Positions 57,828 to 64,000 of a stretch of DNA of 64,000 bases are shown here, one piece after another. The stretch lies in contig OZ281494.1 of assembly GCA_965637545.1 (NCBI GenBank), positions 3,596,001 to 3,660,000 on the forward strand, read 5' to 3'. Both the position numbers and the translations under genes were made by a program. The stretch's first letter is position 1. Each line of letters starts with the position of its first letter. This DNA is from Phallusia mammillata. Its lineage: Eukaryota. The notes under the pieces are model-generated. The model had not been told where the DNA came from and did no database searches. It worked only from the letters and a program-made list of their open reading frames with translations.

Positions 57828-60800
57828 ATGAAGAGGAAAATCACAACTTTCATCATGTTCTGCTTTTTTGCTCTTAGTCAGTCGTTCCCTCACAAAAGCA
57901 CGTATTTAAGGTTGGTAAAAAGGCGAAAGTGCGAAATAAAATAATTTCCATGAGGGGTATAAACTGGTAAATACGCAATAAGTTACGAAATTTGAAACGT
58001 CCGATGGCATGGAATGTCTGGGCAAATTTGAGTTGGATCCTTTAAAAATGTAGTCAGAAGTGAATTTTTTGGATACCTTTTTTAAGATAAATACACTTTA
58101 TTCGACCAGAATGTTAAAAAAGAAAAGAAAAAAGCAAAGATCAAAGCAATCAAATTAATGTTAAAGTTGTCACCAAAGACTGTACTGTTTGAAATGCACC
58201 CTATGTTGCGTTCTATTGAAGCATATTGTAGTTTTCATCTCTCTTAAGAAGATTTTAGACGAATGAACGAATTGAGTTGCAAATTGTCTTTAATTCTTTT
58301 TGTATTTCTTTGTGTATTTTTAAAATATGTTTTTTGCAGGAATTTTCGGTCGCCCACGAAACGGAACCGGCATACATGCCCTACAGGTAAAAAAATTACC
58401 CTTTTTCTGAAAGTTTGCTGTTTTTTTTTTATAAAATTTAAATATAAGTGCTATGGGTTATATGAATTAGTTTAAACACCAAAAACGCAAGCACAAATTG
58501 AAACAAACTTGCTATTAGATACCGGGTAAATTTTTTGGAAATAAAAAAAATGTAAAAAATCAAAGAAAGGTTTTAAAATGACTTAAGAACTGGTTTAGGC
58601 GAGAAAAAGTTTATTTTGTTAAATCACCTGTAGTTTGTATGTTTGTGGTGCTATCACAGTTTTAAATTTTAAGCAAATACAAAAAAAGAAATACTTCATT
58701 CCACTTTTTGTTTTCGTTTATAGGTAGCATGTTTACCGTTTTATTTAGGAACAACTGCGATTATATTTTGTTTTTACATCGAATGATTTGTTTTTCCTTA
58801 AAACGAGTGGCCATAGGCATTATTTTTTTCATACAACACTAATCGTCTATAAATATATTGGTTTTCGAAAAGTCAAATACTGCCCTCTAAAACTCTTGTT
58901 AGACCAAATAAAAAGTAATATAACATGATGGTAATATTTGTTACATTTTTACAAATTAAGATTCCACACCATCCACAAATTTTGCTGCGTGGTATGGGTG
59001 GGACACAATCGAATGCATTTCCTGTGGACAGACCTGCTGCAAAATAAATCGAAACAGCGACAACAAACAGATCGACAAGCGAATATGTACGTTAACTAGA
59101 TAGTTAAGTAAACCACATGATGAGTGTAATTAATCTAAACATACGAAGTAAATCAATTTATCGATATGTATGCCGTGATCGCTGGAATGCATCGACGCTT
59201 CAGGGCTGATTCCAGTATGAATATGTTTATCTTAGCATATGAAGTAAATCAGTTATTGCTAACAGGCATGCTGTACTAACATTCAATACAAAAAAATGTA
59301 ATTGATAATGACATTTTGATGTCCAATATGAGACGCCTTCATCAGGATAGTAACATGTCATAAAACACAAAGCTTCTGTAAAGCAACAAAGCATCGAAAA
59401 AACAAAAAAATGGGTTTAAAATTCAAAAATGGAATATTTTTTCAGTATGCAGCATATTGCCCTGAATCTGATAAAAAATAACTAAAGAGGGGCCACACGT
59501 AATGATACTTAACGGTGATGGCATTCTGCACAGGGAATGGACAATTTGCAGAAACTGGTCAGTTTCCTTGGTCCGTAGCTATATTCAAATCAACGTCCAT
59601 AGGTTGGAAATTTCTTTGCGGGGGAGTGTTGCTTAGTGACAATAAAATAGCTACAGCTGCTCACTGCATGTAAGTATTAAAATGTTCGAAACATTTCTAA
59701 ACACAACTAGTTTGATTCGTTCCATGTTCGATGTTAACCGAACTGTTGTTGGTGCGATCTATATTAACTTGTATAACCTTTTTTGACCCCTCATAGCATT
59801 CGATAAACTGTTTAAACATACATCAATGTTTTTTTTTGTAATTTAACTATTTTGTCATTGATCCGTAAACTCATACCGAGAAAGCCAAAATTAATGTTGT
59901 ATACTGTCGCAATATTTACATTGTTTAAAGACAAACGACAAAACTGCAAGTAAAGCATCAGAAATGACATTATATTTAAGTTATAAACTTTTAGCTGTGA
60001 AAAATTGCTGTTTTTGTTTTTTTCACTTAATGCCATGGACAAGTGCTTTCTGGACCTAATGGTTAATCCAGTCATGTATACCACCATAAAACTGCGAATT
60101 GGCCAACAAAACAAAATAATTTAAACTGGGTAAAAATCGTTTTTGTAATGGCACAATATTTGGCCGAAATCGACAAATTGGTAATAACATGGACAAATGG
60201 CATGTCAAAGATATTTGAAAAATTGTTCTGATGTTATAATCACAAACACGATTTTCGCAGACCTGATAACGGCGTACAAACGAATCTGCGAGTAACGATT
60301 GGAGAAAACGATATCCACGTGAATCCCGAAACAGGAGTAAGAATAGATGAACGCAAACTAAAAACTTTAAGCTACAGTCACAAAATGGTATACAGACAAG
60401 CGCATCTACCCGGCAATACGTATGGCAAAATCAGAGGGTAATTATTAAAGAAGTATTGCAAATATAAACTAACATGTTTTTTAACAATTTTATAAAGCTG
60501 ATTTACGTAATTTCGTGTTCTAAGAAATTGATAGACAGATTTGTATTTAAAACAGTAGTTCCAAACCTTTTTTTGTCAAATTCCTCTCTAAGCTTTTTAA
60601 AACACTTTAATTCCTAAAGTACGTGATATCAGATGAAAAAAGAAAAATGTACAAAATTGCTTTACAAACAACTCAAAATGCCTTATCGTGCGGGGAAACA
60701 TAGGTTAAGTTTAACTGTGATTTAATTCAAAATTAAAGTCCTCTGTAGATTCCAAAAGGTTACCAGATTTTCAGCACTATAATAGGCTTACCAGATTTTC

Positions 60801-62412
60801 ATCCCCACAAAGGAGGACACATTGTTAAATAGAACAATAAAACATGCTTCAAGGGCCCCCAAAAAATAAAAGCTTTAGAAATTAGATGGTATTGAATTAT
60901 AGTTTGGATAAAGTTGAAAGCTTATATTCTCAAAAAATGTAAAATCCACCTGTATTTAAAAAAAATCAGCTGAAGAAGTATATTTGGCTGTTTTCAAAGG
61001 CATAATTGTTACTTGTGTATTCGGTAAATCAGAAATTCTTTAAAAAGGAAGACATTTGGGCACTTTTTCTTGTCCTCGGAGGACCACTTGGTTTTTGTTA
61101 AAAAGGAGGACATGTCCTCCAAAAAGAGGACGTATGGTAGGCCTACATTATAACGTTACATCAACATGCAGTAATGATCTTGCCATTCTTACACTTGCCC
61201 AGCCGGTTGACAATCCAAGAATCTGTATTCGACGATCAAGAGATTGGCCAGAGGCACCTAAATGTTACGGTATTGGTCACGGTTATACAAGAGAAGGTAC
61301 ATTGGTTTACTTTTGCTTTTATTTATTGTGATTTATTAAGATGGGCATTACAAGTCAAAGGTTATCCCTTAGGGTTAGTTAAGACCAAACAAAATCGACT
61401 TTAACTCAACAACACCTATTGAGACAAGCAAGCAATTTTATTACATTTTTAACTTCGAAACATATATCTGCAGTTTTAAAATCAAGCCAAGCAAATAACT
61501 TACTTTGTTTTCTTTGTTGGTTACTTAGATAATATTATGTCTCGTAAGCTGCAATATACCGAAGTGGAATTAGACTTCAACAACAGCTGTATAGGCTCAT
61601 GGAATAAAGACATGATATGTGCCACAACGAAAGACAACGAAAACACGGCCAGTTGCCAAGTTAGTGTGTACCAAAGGGGAACAATACGTGTCGTATGAAA
61701 AAAAATGACAGCTACTTTTTTTACAATTTAGACTTCTGCACGTTTTAATTTCTTTACCCTCTTCCTGGATATTATTCAGCAAGCAATCAGTTATAAAATA
61801 AAATTATTTATGTCCGGAGACATTTATCAATGACAGAAATGAGTCTTTTACACTTTAGTTGGGTCGGACCAAACGCTGCCCGAATCAACCCGACACAAGC
61901 TGGTTAATAAAAATTATATTGGGTGAGGCCGAATTAAGCGTGTTTTATTGTCAAACCAAGTCCGAACCCGAACCAGACCGAAATAGTATGGCGACTTACA
62001 ACTTTGCTTAACATAGCTTTCAGACGCCTTTACTTTTTTACTTTATTTACTTTACTTTAAACATAATTGTCACCCTCGCATTCATCTTAGGTTCTCATTT
62101 ATAATGTCGTTCATTAAACCACTACTAGGCGCTGTTTTCAAGTTTACATGTATGTGCAAATTTTAGATGGATAGCGGAAGCCCTGTGATTTGTCGAATTG
62201 ACCCTGAAGACGAATGTTCAAGCTACTTTCTCGCTGGTATCTTCTCTTTCAAACCGACACCTCAGAATGGCCATTGTAACGGAAAGTTTTCTGTGCTCAC
62301 CAATCTATTAAATAAGAGCTCAAATAGCATTCATCATGCCGTATTCACATCAGCTCAAATTACAGAACCTTTTATGCACGAACATGGCGATCAACAGTGT
62401 GCACGAGTTTGA
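57828..62412 (+). CDS. Secreted chymotrypsin-fold (S1) serine protease zymogen, model 356 aa (exons 57828-57910, 58340-58386, 58961-59086, 59534-59669, 60261-60437, 61172-61296, 61529-61659, 62167-62412)
   Basis: Signal peptide MKRKITTFIMFCFFALSQS; activation site DKR|IWNG; GQFPW, LCGGVLL, TAAHC (His57), NDLAIL (Asp102), MICA, SCQMDSGSP (Ser195), LAGIFSF. All GT-AG phases are consistent and the total is 1071 nt. A 5'-UTR donor lies at about 57661. Confidence 0.9.
60783..61145. mobile_element. Intronic MITE (inverted copy of the 42305 family), TSD cactataa/cattataa
   Basis: Termini taggcttacca / tatggtaggccta; 7/8 TSD match; ends 26 nt before the Asp102 exon. Confidence 0.8.
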
Positions 62413-62973
62413 CAAATCACGGACACATGTTTTCTTAAGTTGTACTAACTCTGTGAATTGTTTATGTGCTAAAACACATGGATTTTCATTCAAATACCTT
62501 TTGTATTTTACTTCTTACTAGATGGCATCGTTGTATTGCCACCAGGTATAGTGTTTAGTCGACTAAAGCATTTAAATTAACAATTGTTAACAAACGTAGC
62601 ATGAAGCATAAAGATTCCATTTTTTTTTCGAGGTCTTGAGTTGTATATTTTTTAAAGACTAAATTTATAACACAAACATCGTTGACTTGTCCAATGCTGA
62701 CCAACATTTTTGTAAAAACATAGAGCTTTTTTTTTATTTTTCGTCTATGCCTTTGCTTACTGTGTTTAATGCAATGTTATCTGCGGTATGCGTTAACGGA
62801 CTGGAAACGTATTTTGACCATGAATTTTGCTCTGTAAATACTCTTGACTTACATTCTTTATTCATTAAACGGGGGTAATGAAGGTATGTTGCTTTTTATA
62901 TTGGTAATTTCGTAGCAGTACAGCGTATCGGGGCAGCTGTTTTTGTTACCCTGAACAGCAAATCAACCTAGAA

Positions 62974-63321
62974 CAGTGGTTCTCAAACTTTAAAACTGTC
63001 TCTTTGCCATTGGTTCGAGGGCTTGCGGTCCTTAATCCTGAATGTGTATTTTTAGAAAAAGCAAAATCGCGCATGACAATGATCCAACGACCGATTGTGA
63101 CACCACAGATAACACAAAAACATTACCATTGTATGCGAAAGGCTATTGTTTAGCAATAGAGACAGTCGATTCTCAATTATACTTTGATTTAAACTGATTC
63201 AGTGGCACACACTGACGCCAAATAAGATTATAGAAGTACTTCAAACTTCAAACCTTTTCGCACCCCCCCCCCCTCAAATTGCTTCACGGACCCCATAAGG
63301 CCCGCGGAACCTAGTTTGAGA
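62974..63321. mobile_element. hAT MITE (inverted copy of the 29342 family), TSD acctagaa, right TIR missing its last bases
   Basis: Begins cagtggttctcaaact and ends agtttgaga; acctagaa flanks both sides (62966-62973 and 63322-63329). Confidence 0.8.
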
Positions 63322-63704
63322 ACCTAGAACGTTATACAGCAGGCGCAATTAACTTGGTAAAACCATTTCAAGCAGAAGTACTGCGTCGCAAAATAAAATA
63401 TACTTCACTGGGGTTAACGACTGAGCTGAGTTAAGGTAATGTAGACATTCCGACAAAGCATTTGACGAAACAAGCTTTACAGTTCTTCAGTCAATTTTCC
63501 GCGTGCAATACGAATTAAAGCCAGGACAAATTTGATCTTATTTTGAAAACAGAGTTAATAAATCTAGCAATTCTAAATGTATATTGATTAGCATTTATTA
63601 TTTCAACTGTATATCACGAGATTTACACTGGAGTTGGACCGATAATACTCTATCGCCGCCGATACCAATACCAGTGCTAAAATGGTACACACTTACTTCT
63701 AGGG

Positions 63705-64000
63705 CAGGGGTCGCCAACCCGCGGCTCCGGAGCCGCATGCGGCTCTTTGGTCCCTCTGATGCGGCTCAGTTTTTGAATTTACCAAATGTACTTTTGAATA
63801 AAAATTATGTGACGATTATGCCGAACACAAAAGTCGAACACGAAAATTGAGGTGCAGTAGCATGACTGTACTCGCTTGTTGTAGTTACCTAGCTGCAACC
63901 CCGCCTCTATAATACCATCAAACGTGAAGTCTGAAAGAGGCAAACTGGCGGCTCACAGGTTGACACGCAATATGAGACAATACTGTTTTTGTTTGCAGTG
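63705..64000. mobile_element. Left end of a hAT MITE (CAGGGGTCGCCAACC, gcggctc subterminal repeats), probably continuing beyond the window
   Basis: TIR-like start preceded by ttctaggg; no right TIR inside the window. Confidence 0.55.

Overview
AT-rich eukaryotic genomic DNA (roughly one-third GC by eye) with GT-AG introns. It is probably from an invertebrate animal; an ascidian-like source is only a guess from composition, short introns and MITE content. No prokaryotic operons, CRISPR arrays or rRNA are seen. The dominant feature is a tandem array of at least 19 loci encoding small membrane proteins with the DUF1294/YsdA signature (Y-F-x6-7-L-N-x2-D-K...R-I-P-E-x2-L-H-x-F-T-L-I-G-G-A-P-A-T-A-x-A-M...R-H-K-x-S-K). 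This family is best known from bacteria and archaea. About 9 loci look intact, 2 have altered C-termini and about 8 are disabled by nonsense, frameshift, deletion or transposon insertion. In the main subfamilies the only coding content of exon 1 is the ATG (ATG|GT), and the rest of the protein lies in one exon. Embedded in the array is a minus-strand 7-exon type I receptor gene (signal peptide, C-type lectin domain, Thr/Ser/Pro stalk, TM helix, tail with ITIM-like motifs; 22701-25314) and a 5'-truncated duplicate of it (11298-12568). At the right end is an 8-coding-exon chymotrypsin-fold serine protease with an intact His/Asp/Ser triad but unusual Met193 and Lys216 (57828-62412). The region is built from recent direct and inverted segmental duplications. 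It is littered with transposons whose TIRs and TSDs can be read directly: three hAT MITE families, a P-like element, foldback/MULE-like elements, a small tRNA-Trp-primed LTR element and an RTE LINE fragment. The overall picture is a birth-and-death gene cluster, possibly immune- or recognition-related; that functional reading is inference. All gene models were built by eye and need RNA-seq confirmation.
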